From positions 5,365 through 69,364 of the forward strand of contig JBGPBV010000007.1 of the NCBI GenBank assembly GCA_041481445.1: 64,000 nt of DNA, written 5' to 3'. The translations under genes and the position numbers were made by a program. Positions 48,752-56,373 of this stretch are shown here, piece after piece; the first letter of the stretch is position 1, and each line of letters begins with the position of its first letter. The DNA comes from Vicinamibacteria bacterium. GTDB taxonomy: Bacteria; Acidobacteriota; Vicinamibacteria; Fen-336. The notes beneath the pieces were generated by a model, which saw only the letters and a program-made list of their open reading frames with translations, did no database searches and had not been told where the DNA came from.

Positions 48752-49146
48752 CAATTCCGCTCTCCGGGCACCGGCGATCCCGCCGGGCCGCCCAGCTCCT
48801 TCGCCATCTGCGCCCCCGGTGCGGCCGGACGCGGCTGCTCGATCACGATCACGCGGCCGGCCGGCGGCGACTGCAGGCCCAGCTCGCGGGTGGCGATCGC
48901 CTCCACCCGGTGCAGGTTCTCCAGGCTCGCCTTCTCGAGGCGCAGCTTCCGGTTCTCCTCGAGCAGCCGCTCGCGCTCGCGCGACATCCGGTCCTGGGCG
49001 CGCGAGGTCTCGCGGATCTTGAGGTGGGGCCAGGCGTAGAGCACGAGGCCGCCCACCAGCGTCATCACCAGCAGGAGCAGCCACCACAGGTCGCGGCTGG
49101 CGCGGGGATCGACCTCGCGCACGACCTGGGAGTTGTCGATCTTCAC
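48751..49146 (-). CDS. ftsL: Cell division protein FtsL
   Basis: 131 aa, single TM ([19 protein letters not shown]) followed by a coiled coil. GTG start. ATGA coupling to ftsI. Confidence 0.75.
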   Translation of the reverse strand: MKIDNSQVVREVDPRASRDLWWLLLLVMTLVGGLVLYAWPHLKIRETSRAQDRMSRERERLLEENRKLRLEKASLENLHRVEAIATRELGLQSPPAGRVIVIEQPRPAAPGAQMAKELGGPAGSPVPGERN

Positions 49147-50062
49147 GGCTGGACCCGCTCGATCGCTCTCAGGCGCGCGCTGCGCGACCGTGGGTTGCGG
49201 CGCGTCTCCTCCTCCGCCGGGCGGAGCGGCTTCTTCGTGAGCAGCCGGAAGCCGCGCGTGGCCAGGGCGCGGAAGGTCTGCTTGGCCTCGCGGTCCTCGA
49301 GGCTGTGGAACGCGATCACGGCCAGGCGTCCGCCGGCGGCGAGCACGCCCGCGATCCCCTCCAACGCGTCCGCCAGCCCCTCCAGCTCGCGGTTGACCTG
49401 GATGCGCAGGGCCTGGAAGGTCCGGGTCGCGGGGTCGAGGCCGGGACGGCGCGAGCGGCCGGCGGAGCGACGCACGATGTCCGCGAGCTCGGTGGTGGTG
49501 GTGATCCGCCGCTGGCGGCGCGCCTCCACGATCGCGCGCGCGATCCGGCGGGAGGCGTGCTCGTCGCCCCAGCGGTAGATGAGATCGGCCAGCTCGCGCT
49601 CGGGCAGGCGGTTCACGAGGTCGGCGGCGGTGAACCCCTGGGTGGGGTCCATGCGCATGTCGAGGGGCCCCTCCGCGCCGAAGCTGAAACCGCGCGAGGG
49701 CTCGTCGAGCTGCATCGAGCTCACGCCCATGTCCAGGAGGACGCCGTCGGGGCTCTCCCCCGCCATCCGGTCGGGGACCTCGCGGAAGTCCGCGTGCTCG
49801 AAGCGCACGCGCTCCCCGAAAGCGGCGAGCCTCTCGCGCGCGTGGGCGATCGCGTCCGGGTCGCGGTCGAAGGCGACGAGGCGCCCGTCGGGGGCGCTGC
49901 GGCGCAGGATCTCCGCGGCGTGGCCGCCGAGGCCCACCGTGCCGTCGACGTACAGCCCCCCCCGTCTCACCGCGAGCAGCTCCATCGCCTCCGCGAGCAG
50001 GACCGGCTCGTGCCGCCGGAGGCTTCCACCGCCGTCGCGCGCGGGACCCTCGCTCTCGCCCA
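49143..50062 (-). CDS. rsmH: 16S rRNA (cytosine1402-N4)-methyltransferase RsmH (MraW)
   Basis: [13 protein letters not shown]...[15 protein letters not shown]-binding start and conserved C-terminal region. GTG start around 50062; the track ORF upstream of that is frame noise over mraZ. Confidence 0.9.
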
Positions 50063-50065
50063 CAT

Positions 50066-50509
50066 CTAGATCCCGAACCCGGAGAGCACCCGCCCGTCCT
50101 CGTCCGTGAACGGCTCCTTCTTGAACAGGCGCTCGGTGAGGCGCTTCTGGTTCCAGACCGCAAGGTGGTTCTGCAGGCCGAGCACGCTCACGTCGCCGGC
50201 CATGGCCGCGCTCTCGCGCAGGAGCTGGGGGAGCACGACGCGGCCCTGCTTGTCCATCGTCACCGTCTGGCCGAAGAAGTTCACGCGGTCGAGGAAGCGC
50301 AGCTTCGAGGGATTGGTCGACGGCACCTCGGCCAGGCGGCGCTCGATCTCGAGCCACACCGCCATCGGATACACGCGCACGTATTCGCCGGTGACGCTGG
50401 TGACGAACAGCTCCGCGCCGTACTGCTGCTCGATGAGCAGACGGAAGCCGTTCGGGACCTTGAGACGTCCCTTGTCGTCGACGCGCGCCGGATGGTTGCC
50501 GCGCAGCAC
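50066..50509 (-). CDS. mraZ: Transcriptional regulator MraZ (canonical copy, first gene of dcw operon)
   Basis: Two MraZ/SpoVT-AbrB-like repeats (DDKGRLKVP and DKQGRVVLP). GTG start (track shows MLRGNHP). Confidence 0.9.
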   Translation of the reverse strand: MLRGNHPARVDDKGRLKVPNGFRLLIEQQYGAELFVTSVTGEYVRVYPMAVWLEIERRLAEVPSTNPSKLRFLDRVNFFGQTVTMDKQGRVVLPQLLRESAAMAGDVSVLGLQNHLAVWNQKRLTERLFKKEPFTDEDGRVLSGFGI

Positions 50510-50610
50510 GTTCGCTCGCTCCGCCGGGGCCCGCTCGCCCGCGAAGGGGAGTCCCCTCCGGGGCGAGGTCAGCGACCTCGCTCAGTCGCGGCGCTCACGC
50601 CCTCTTTGGG

Positions 50611-50648
50611 ACACGTGACGCCACTTTTTTCCACAAAATTCCACTCCC
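50611..50648 (-). promoter_or_regulatory. MraZ operator: direct GTGG repeats at 10-bp periodicity (GTGGAATTTT GTGGAAAAAA GTGGCGTCAC GTG)
   Basis: On the minus strand, immediately downstream of the predicted -10, CCAC appears on the plus strand at 50621, 50631 and 50641. This is the expected form of an MraZ box (tandem GTGG/TGGG repeats). Confidence 0.55.
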
Positions 50649-50649
50649 G

Positions 50650-50678
50650 AGTCTAGAGGTGACCCGGAGGGCTGTCAA
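50650..50678 (-). promoter_or_regulatory. Pmra-like sigma70 promoter: -35 TTGACA, 17-nt spacer, -10 TAGACT
   Basis: Minus-strand sequence TTGACAgccctccgggtcacctcTAGACT lies about 140 nt upstream of mraZ, just downstream of the paralog stop. Confidence 0.55.
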
Positions 50679-50688
50679 GGGGGAAAAG

Positions 50689-51189
50689 TCACATCCGCTT
50701 GGGTTTTTCCTGTGGATGACCGTGCTCGGACGGCCCCGTGGGAGCGGGAGCGGGGGGAAGCGGCCATTGGACGTCGAGGGTAGCGTCCTCGAGGACCTTC
50801 TCGGACTCGGCCACGAAGGCCTCCCAGCGCTCGGGGGCCCAGACCTCGAACCGGTTCAGGACGCCGATGACCAGGGCCTCGCGGTCGAGCTGCGCGCCGA
50901 GGCGCAACGGCGCGGGCAGGAGGATGCGGCCCTGCACGTCGAGCTCGCAATCGACGGCGCGGCTGGTGAGCAGCCGCGTGAGCGCCTTGGCCGGCTTGCT
51001 GAACGCGGGCAGGGCGCGGAGCTGGCTCTCGAGGCGCGACCACTCGGACGGCGGGTAGGCGGCCAGGCACTGATCGAGCACGGTGACGACGAGCCGCGGC
51101 GCGCGATCGGCGAGCGCGCGGCGGAACGCCGCGGGCACCGGGAGGCGTCCCTTGGGATCGATCCGGTGGCGATAAGTCCCTTTGAACAC
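50689..51189 (-). CDS. MraZ paralog (second, divergent MraZ-family regulator)
   Basis: VFKGTYRHRIDPKGRLPVPAAFRR matches the MraZ N-terminal consensus (MFRGxxxHxIDxKGR). A second DxxGR repeat is present (DVQGRILLP). Likely GTG start at 51189; the track ORF extends to ATG 51234 through the GTGG repeats. Confidence 0.65.
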   Translation of the reverse strand: MFKGTYRHRIDPKGRLPVPAAFRRALADRAPRLVVTVLDQCLAAYPPSEWSRLESQLRALPAFSKPAKALTRLLTSRAVDCELDVQGRILLPAPLRLGAQLDREALVIGVLNRFEVWAPERWEAFVAESEKVLEDATLDVQWPLPPAPAPTGPSEHGHPQEKPKRM

Positions 51190-51234
51190 AGCGAGCTGGA
51201 AGTATTCCACACTTTCTTCCACTTTTCCACACAT
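51190..51234 (-). promoter_or_regulatory. Second GTGG-repeat array (TGTGGAAAA GTGGAAGAAA GTGTGGAATA) immediately upstream of the mraZ paralog
   Basis: Three GTGG motifs at about 10-bp spacing, the same repeat type as the operator upstream of canonical mraZ. Confidence 0.45.
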
Positions 51235-51237
51235 GTC

Positions 51238-51282
51238 CTCGGCCCGGCCCGCCGTGGCACCAGAGCGGCGGGCCGGGCCGAG
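51238..51282. repeat. Perfect 17-bp GC-rich inverted repeat (CTCGGCCCGGCCCGCCG - 11 nt - CGGCGGGCCGGGCCGAG) in the mraZ-paralog/folC divergent intergenic region
   Basis: Read directly. The arms are exact reverse complements. Confidence 0.7.
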
Positions 51283-51307
51283 CGTCCGTTATCATCCTGA
51301 CCCCTTC

Positions 51308-52606
51308 ATGCCGTCCCCTCGTCGCTCGTCGGCTTACCTGGCCTCGCGCATCAAGCTCGGCATGAAGTTCGGGCTGGAGACGATGCGGGCCCTCGTGGCC
51401 GCGCTCGGACATCCCGAGCGCGAGTTCGCGACGATCCTGGTCGCGGGCACCAACGGCAAGGGCTCGGTGGTCGCCTACACCGACGCCGTCCTGCGCGCAA
51501 GCGGCCTGCGCGTCGGCCGCTACACCTCGCCCCACCTCGTGGACGTCAACGAGCGCATCGTGGTCGCCGGGCGTCCCATCACCGACCGCGCCCTCGACCT
51601 GGTGGTGGACGCGGTCCGCGAGGCCGCCGAGGAGCGAGGACGTTCGGGGGCGCTGCCCGCCTCCCCGACCTTCTTCGAGGTCCTGACCGCGGCCGCCCTC
51701 GTCCACTTCGCGCGCGAGAAGGTCGAGGTGGCCGTCCTCGAGATCGGGATGGGCGGGCGCCTCGACGCCACCAACGTGGCCGACCCGCTGTGCTCGGCCA
51801 TCGTGACCGTCGACCGCGACCACGAGGCCTATCTCGGAAGGACCCTGGGGGCGATCGCGCGCGAGAAGGCGGGCGTCCTGCGAAGGGCTCGGTCCACCGT
51901 GCTCGGGCCGATGGCGGAAGAAGCCCGGGCGGCCATCGAGGAAGAGGCGGCACGGCTGGACGCGCGCCTCCTGGACGTGACGCGCGAGACGACGCTGGCC
52001 CCGGACGCGAAGGAGGCCGTCACGCTCCATACCCCGTCCCGCGCCTACCGCGGCCTCCGCCCGCTGCGCGGCGCGCACCAGCGCGCCAACCTGGCCGTCG
52101 CCGTCCGCCTCCTCGAGGCGGCACGCGAGGCGGGGGTCGCCGTCGATCTCGGACGGGTGGCGGAGGGCGTGGCGCGCACGCGCTGGCCGGGCCGGCTGCA
52201 GCGCCTCCCCGGGCGGCCGCCGATCCTGGTGGACGGCGCGCACAACCCGGCGGCGGCGCGCGCGCTGGCCGAGGAGCTGCGACGCGAGCGCCCGTTCGTC
52301 CTCGTCTTCGCGGCCATGGCGGACAAGGACATCGCGGAGATGGGACGCATCCTCTTCCCGCTGGCCCAGGCCGTCGTGCTCACACGGCTGGGCGTCGACC
52401 GCGCGGCGCCGCCGGAGGAGATCGCGCGGCGCGTGGGGCCGGCGGCCGCCCGCGCGCACCGCGCGCCCGCCTGGCCGGCCGCCCTGGCCCGGGCCCGGCG
52501 CCTGACCGGCCCGCGCGGCCTGGTGGTGGCGGCGGGGAGCCTCTACCTGGCGGGCGAGGTGCTGCGGTCGGTGGGCGCGCGCCGCGGCAGCAGGCCGCGG
52601 AAGTAG
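51308..52606 (+). CDS. folC: Bifunctional folylpolyglutamate synthase / dihydrofolate synthase FolC
   Basis: VAGTNGKGS P-loop and Mur-ligase-family fold. N-terminal IKLGMKFGLETMRALVAALGHP is typical of FolC. ATG 51308 within the longer track ORF. Confidence 0.85.
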   Translation: MPSPRRSSAYLASRIKLGMKFGLETMRALVAALGHPEREFATILVAGTNGKGSVVAYTDAVLRASGLRVGRYTSPHLVDVNERIVVAGRPITDRALDLVVDAVREAAEERGRSGALPASPTFFEVLTAAALVHFAREKVEVAVLEIGMGGRLDATNVADPLCSAIVTVDRDHEAYLGRTLGAIAREKAGVLRRARSTVLGPMAEEARAAIEEEAARLDARLLDVTRETTLAPDAKEAVTLHTPSRAYRGLRPLRGAHQRANLAVAVRLLEAAREAGVAVDLGRVAEGVARTRWPGRLQRLPGRPPILVDGAHNPAAARALAEELRRERPFVLVFAAMADKDIAEMGRILFPLAQAVVLTRLGVDRAAPPEEIARRVGPAAARAHRAPAWPAALARARRLTGPRGLVVAAGSLYLAGEVLRSVGARRGSRPRK

Positions 52607-53100
52607 CCCAGCGCCTCCGGCGTGTCCCACTGCGCGGGACCGACGAAGCGGCGCAGCAGCGCGCCGTCGCGGCCCACGACGAACGTCTCCGGATAGCCGG
52701 TCGTCCGATACTCGGCGGCGGCGTGCGCCTCCGGGTCGCGCAGGATGGGGAAGCTCACGCCGACCTTGGCCACGAAGTCCTGCACCGGCTTGTCGTCGCG
52801 GTCCACCGCGACCCCGAGGACGACCAGGCCCTCGGGTCCGAGCGCGCGGTGCAGGCGCTCCAGGGAGGGCATCTCCTCGACGCAGGGGGGACACCAGGTC
52901 GCCCAGAAGTTGACGAGCACCACCCGGCCGCGCAGGGCGCCCAGGTCCGTGGTCCCCCCGGAGAGCGCGCGCAGGCGGAAGTCGGGCACCGCCGCCCCCG
53001 GCTTGAGCCCGTAGCCCTTCCGCTCCTGGAGCGAGATGAAGCCGAAGGCGGCCCCGCCCACGATGGCGATGACCGCCGCGAACTTCACGATCTCCTTCAT
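52543..53100 (-). CDS. TlpA-family thiol:disulfide oxidoreductase (periplasmic thioredoxin-like, WCPPC active site)
   Basis: N-terminal anchor and NFWATWCPPCVEEMP active site. Confidence 0.8.
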   Translation of the reverse strand: MKEIVKFAAVIAIVGGAAFGFISLQERKGYGLKPGAAVPDFRLRALSGGTTDLGALRGRVVLVNFWATWCPPCVEEMPSLERLHRALGPEGLVVLGVAVDRDDKPVQDFVAKVGVSFPILRDPEAHAAAEYRTTGYPETFVVGRDGALLRRFVGPAQWDTPEALGYFRGLLPRRAPTDRSTSPAR

Positions 53101-53110
53101 GCCCGCGTCC

Positions 53111-53686
53111 TCACATGTGCCCGGGGCCGGGCGCCTCCAGGTATTTCTCCAGGAGCGGCTTCTCCCCGCCGGTGCCCCAGTTGATGCGCTCGGTCCACAC
53201 CGCCATCACCCGGCCCTCGGGATCGAGGAGGTAGGCCTCGGGGTCCTGCGGCGTGCCGTAGGGGCCGGCCAGGCGCGCGCCCCCCGGGTCCGACACGATC
53301 GCGAAGGTCAGGTTGTTGCGCGTGATGAACTCGGCGACCGGGCCCTTCTCCTTGTCCAGGGCGACGGCCACCGTGCGCAGCCCGCGGCGGAAGTAGCGGC
53401 GATGCATCCGCTCGAGGTAACGGAAGTAGGCGTCGCTTCCCGGCCAGCGCGAGTCGAAGAAGATGAGGACGGTCGGCCCTCCATGCTCGAGGATCAAGGG
53501 CGTCGGCCGCCCCTCGGGGATGGAGGGCAGAGTGAGGTTCGGGGCCATCTGGCCGACGTGGACTCGGGTCGCGCGGGGCGCGCGCGAGTAGAGGTACCCG
53601 ACCACGATCGCGGCCGCGACGGCGGCCCCGAGCAGGACGGCGCCGGCCACCGCCAGCGGCCCGCGCGCCTCTTTCCACGACGCCAC
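53111..53686 (-). CDS. TlpA/redoxin-like paralog lacking the CxxC active site (FFDSRWPGS)
   Basis: Same fold and length as the neighbour, but the catalytic cysteines are replaced (SRWPGS). Confidence 0.6.
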   Translation of the reverse strand: MASWKEARGPLAVAGAVLLGAAVAAAIVVGYLYSRAPRATRVHVGQMAPNLTLPSIPEGRPTPLILEHGGPTVLIFFDSRWPGSDAYFRYLERMHRRYFRRGLRTVAVALDKEKGPVAEFITRNNLTFAIVSDPGGARLAGPYGTPQDPEAYLLDPEGRVMAVWTERINWGTGGEKPLLEKYLEAPGPGHM

Positions 53687-53723
53687 GCGATCGATTCTAG
53701 ACGCGCTTCGCTACAATCCGGTC

Positions 53724-54890
53724 ATGGCTCGATTGTCGGACGAAGTGCGCGGCCTCCACGGCGACCTGGTCGCTCTCCGCCGCGAGCTGCACCAGCACCC
53801 CGAGCTCGCCTACGCGGAGACGCGCACCGCCGCCCGCGTGGCCGAGATCCTCCGCGGGAGCGGCCTGGAGGTGCGAACGGGCGTGGGCGGCACCGGAGTG
53901 ATCGCCAGCCTCGGCAAGGGCGGTGGACCCGCCGTCCTGCTGCGCGCGGACATGGACGCCCTCCCCATCCAGGAGGACAGCGCCGCCCCCTACGCCTCGC
54001 GCGTGCCCGGCGTCATGCACGCCTGCGGGCACGACGGGCACGTGGCGATGGCGGTGACGGCGGCGCGGGCCCTCCTCGCCCGCGGCGTGGCGGGGAGGGT
54101 GCGCGTCCTGTTCCAGCCCGCGGAGGAGGGCGAGGGGGGCGCGCAGGCGGTGATCCGCGACGGCGGGCTCGAGGGGGTCGACGTCGTGCTGGGCGTGCAC
54201 CTCTGGAACGAGCTGCCGGTGGGCACCATCGGGGTGAAGGCGGGACCGCTCATGGCCGCGGCGGACCGCCTCCGCATCGTCGTGCACGGCCGCGGGGGCC
54301 ACGGCGGCAAGCCGCACCGCGCCGCGGACCCGATCGTGGCCGCGGCCCAGGTGGTGACGGCGCTGCAGACGGTGGTGGCGCGCGAGGTCTCGCCGGTGGA
54401 GCCGGCGGTGGTGACCATCGGCGCCATCCACGGCGGCCAGGCCTTCAACGTCATCCCGGACGAGGTCGTGCTCACGGGGACCATCCGCACCTTCGACGCC
54501 GTTCTGCGCCGGTCGATGCCGGAGCGCATCGCGCGCGTGGCCGGCGGCGTGGCCCGCGCCCTCCAGTGCCGGGCGGAGGTCGAGGTCAAGGCCGGCAACC
54601 CGCCCGTGATCAACCACCCGGACGTGGCCGAGATCGCGCGGCGGGCCGCCCTCCGCGTGGTGGACGAGGAGCACGTCCGGCCTCCGGAGCCGACCATGGG
54701 GGGCGAGGACATGGCCGTCTACTTCGAGAAGGTGCCCGGCTGCTTCGTGTTCGTGGGCTCCGCCAACGCCGCCCGCGGCCTGGACCAGCCGCACCACAGC
54801 CCGCGCTTCGACTTCGACGAGGAGGCGCTGCCCATCGGCTGCGAGTTCCTGCTCGCCGCGGCCGAGGAGGCGATCCGCGCGCGGGGCTAG
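53724..54890 (+). CDS. M20D-family amidohydrolase (N-acyl-L-amino acid amidohydrolase / hippurate hydrolase-like)
   Basis: HACGHDGH metal-binding motif, conserved His/Glu ligand positions, 388 aa. Confidence 0.8.
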   Translation: MARLSDEVRGLHGDLVALRRELHQHPELAYAETRTAARVAEILRGSGLEVRTGVGGTGVIASLGKGGGPAVLLRADMDALPIQEDSAAPYASRVPGVMHACGHDGHVAMAVTAARALLARGVAGRVRVLFQPAEEGEGGAQAVIRDGGLEGVDVVLGVHLWNELPVGTIGVKAGPLMAAADRLRIVVHGRGGHGGKPHRAADPIVAAAQVVTALQTVVAREVSPVEPAVVTIGAIHGGQAFNVIPDEVVLTGTIRTFDAVLRRSMPERIARVAGGVARALQCRAEVEVKAGNPPVINHPDVAEIARRAALRVVDEEHVRPPEPTMGGEDMAVYFEKVPGCFVFVGSANAARGLDQPHHSPRFDFDEEALPIGCEFLLAAAEEAIRARG

Positions 54891-54891
54891 C

Positions 54892-55209
54892 TCAGGGCGT
54901 GCCGCGCGACTCGATGAAGTTGAGGATCGCGAACACCACGAGGGCCACGAACACCGCGATCCCCAGGTAGAGGTACGCGCGGCGGTCCTTGCCCTTCACG
55001 CCGTCCCGGAGGTCGCGCGCCTGGCGCTCGGCCACGCGGTCCGGCGGCTCCACGACCAGCTCCGGCGGGGGGCGCAGGGCGGCGGAGGCGGCGCCGGCCA
55101 GGGCGGCCTGCGGCACCAGGCGATCGACCTCCACCGGGGCGATCGCGGTCGGGTCGCGCGGCAACTCCCGGTGGCGACGCTTGGCGCGATGGCGGTGACG
55201 GCGGCTCAT
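54892..55209 (-). CDS. Small hypothetical tail-anchored membrane protein with Arg/His-rich N-terminus
   Basis: ORF with C-terminal TM (YLYLGIAVFVALVVFAIL). Overlaps the 3' end of the next gene. Weak. Confidence 0.25.
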   Translation of the reverse strand: MSRRHRHRAKRRHRELPRDPTAIAPVEVDRLVPQAALAGAASAALRPPPELVVEPPDRVAERQARDLRDGVKGKDRRAYLYLGIAVFVALVVFAILNFIESRGTP

Positions 55210-55253
55210 GTCGTGGCCCCCGCGGGCGGCCCAATCGTACCCAGGCCCGGCGC

Positions 55254-56342
55254 TTATGCAACCCAGGCCCGCCGGGCCACGGTGGCGCGGTCGATGCGCG
55301 GCCAGACCAGTTCGTGGCCGATCCCGGGACGGGTCGGGACGGCGATCTGCCCCTCGGGAGACACCACGACGGGCGGGTCCACCAGGTCCTCCTCGAAGTA
55401 GCGCGCGCTGGCCGACGTGTCTCCGGGCAGGCAGAACCCGGGCAGGGTCTGCAGATGGACGTTGGCCAGCCGGCCGATCCCGGACTCCAGCATCCCGCCG
55501 CACCAGACGGGGACACCCCGCGCGCGGCACAGGTCGTGGACGGCCAGGCTGGCCCCGAACCCGCCCAGCCGGCCCGCCTTGATGTTGATGATCCGGCAGG
55601 CCCCGAGGTCGATCGCGTGGCGGGCGTCGTCCACAGAGCGGATCGACTCGTCCAGGCAGATCGGCGTGCGCAGGTCACGCGCCAGCGTGGCATGGTCGAC
55701 GATGTCGCTCCAGCCCAGCGGCTGCTCGATCATCATGAGGCCGAACTCGTCGAGCTCGCGCAGATGGGGGGCGTCGTCGAGCGTGTACGCGCTGTTGGCG
55801 TCCACCATCAGGGGCACGCCGCCGAAGCGCGCGCGTAGCGCCCGCACCAGCCCGCAGTCGTGCCCGGGCTTGATCTTGATCTTGAGGCGCCGGTAGCCGG
55901 CCGCGAGCTCCGTCTCCACCTTGCCGAGCAGGGCCGCCTCGTCCTCCTGAAGGCCGACGGAGACGCCGGCGTCGATCGCGGTCCGGTCCCCGCCGAGGAC
56001 GCGATGCAGCGGGACACCCTCGCGGCGGGCCCACAGCTCCCAGACCGCCATCTCGAGCGCCGCCTTCGCCATCTCGTGCCCGCGCACGCGGACGAGGCCG
56101 GGCAGGACCCGGCGCGGATGATCGATGTCGAGCTCGAGCAGCAGGGGCACCAGGAACTCGTCGAGGATGTGCCACACGGTGCCGTTGGTCTCGGGCAGGT
56201 AGAAGGGGTCGCGGTCGGCCACGCACTCGCCGTAGCCCGTCACACCCTCCGCGGAGACGGACACGAGCAGGAACTCCTTCCGTGTCGTCCTTCCGAACGA
56301 GGTCTCGAACGGATGGCGCAGGGGCAGGGCCAGCTCGCGCAC
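55254..56342 (-). CDS. Enolase-superfamily enzyme, o-succinylbenzoate synthase / N-succinylamino-acid racemase (MR/MLE) family
   Basis: KxK motif (RLKIKIKPG), Asp/Glu/Asp metal-ligand spacing, second catalytic Lys (INIKAGRLGG). Confidence 0.8.
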   Translation of the reverse strand: MRELALPLRHPFETSFGRTTRKEFLLVSVSAEGVTGYGECVADRDPFYLPETNGTVWHILDEFLVPLLLELDIDHPRRVLPGLVRVRGHEMAKAALEMAVWELWARREGVPLHRVLGGDRTAIDAGVSVGLQEDEAALLGKVETELAAGYRRLKIKIKPGHDCGLVRALRARFGGVPLMVDANSAYTLDDAPHLRELDEFGLMMIEQPLGWSDIVDHATLARDLRTPICLDESIRSVDDARHAIDLGACRIINIKAGRLGGFGASLAVHDLCRARGVPVWCGGMLESGIGRLANVHLQTLPGFCLPGDTSASARYFEEDLVDPPVVVSPEGQIAVPTRPGIGHELVWPRIDRATVARRAWVA

Positions 56343-56373
56343 CTCGACACGCTCGATCCTCAGCGCCCGGTCC

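Noticed and set aside
53724-56342. M20 amidohydrolase plus NSAR/OSBS enolase as an N-acyl-amino-acid racemase/deacylase operon
   Set aside because: The genes are convergent, not co-transcribed, and separated by a small ORF. A functional linkage is plausible but not supported by arrangement.
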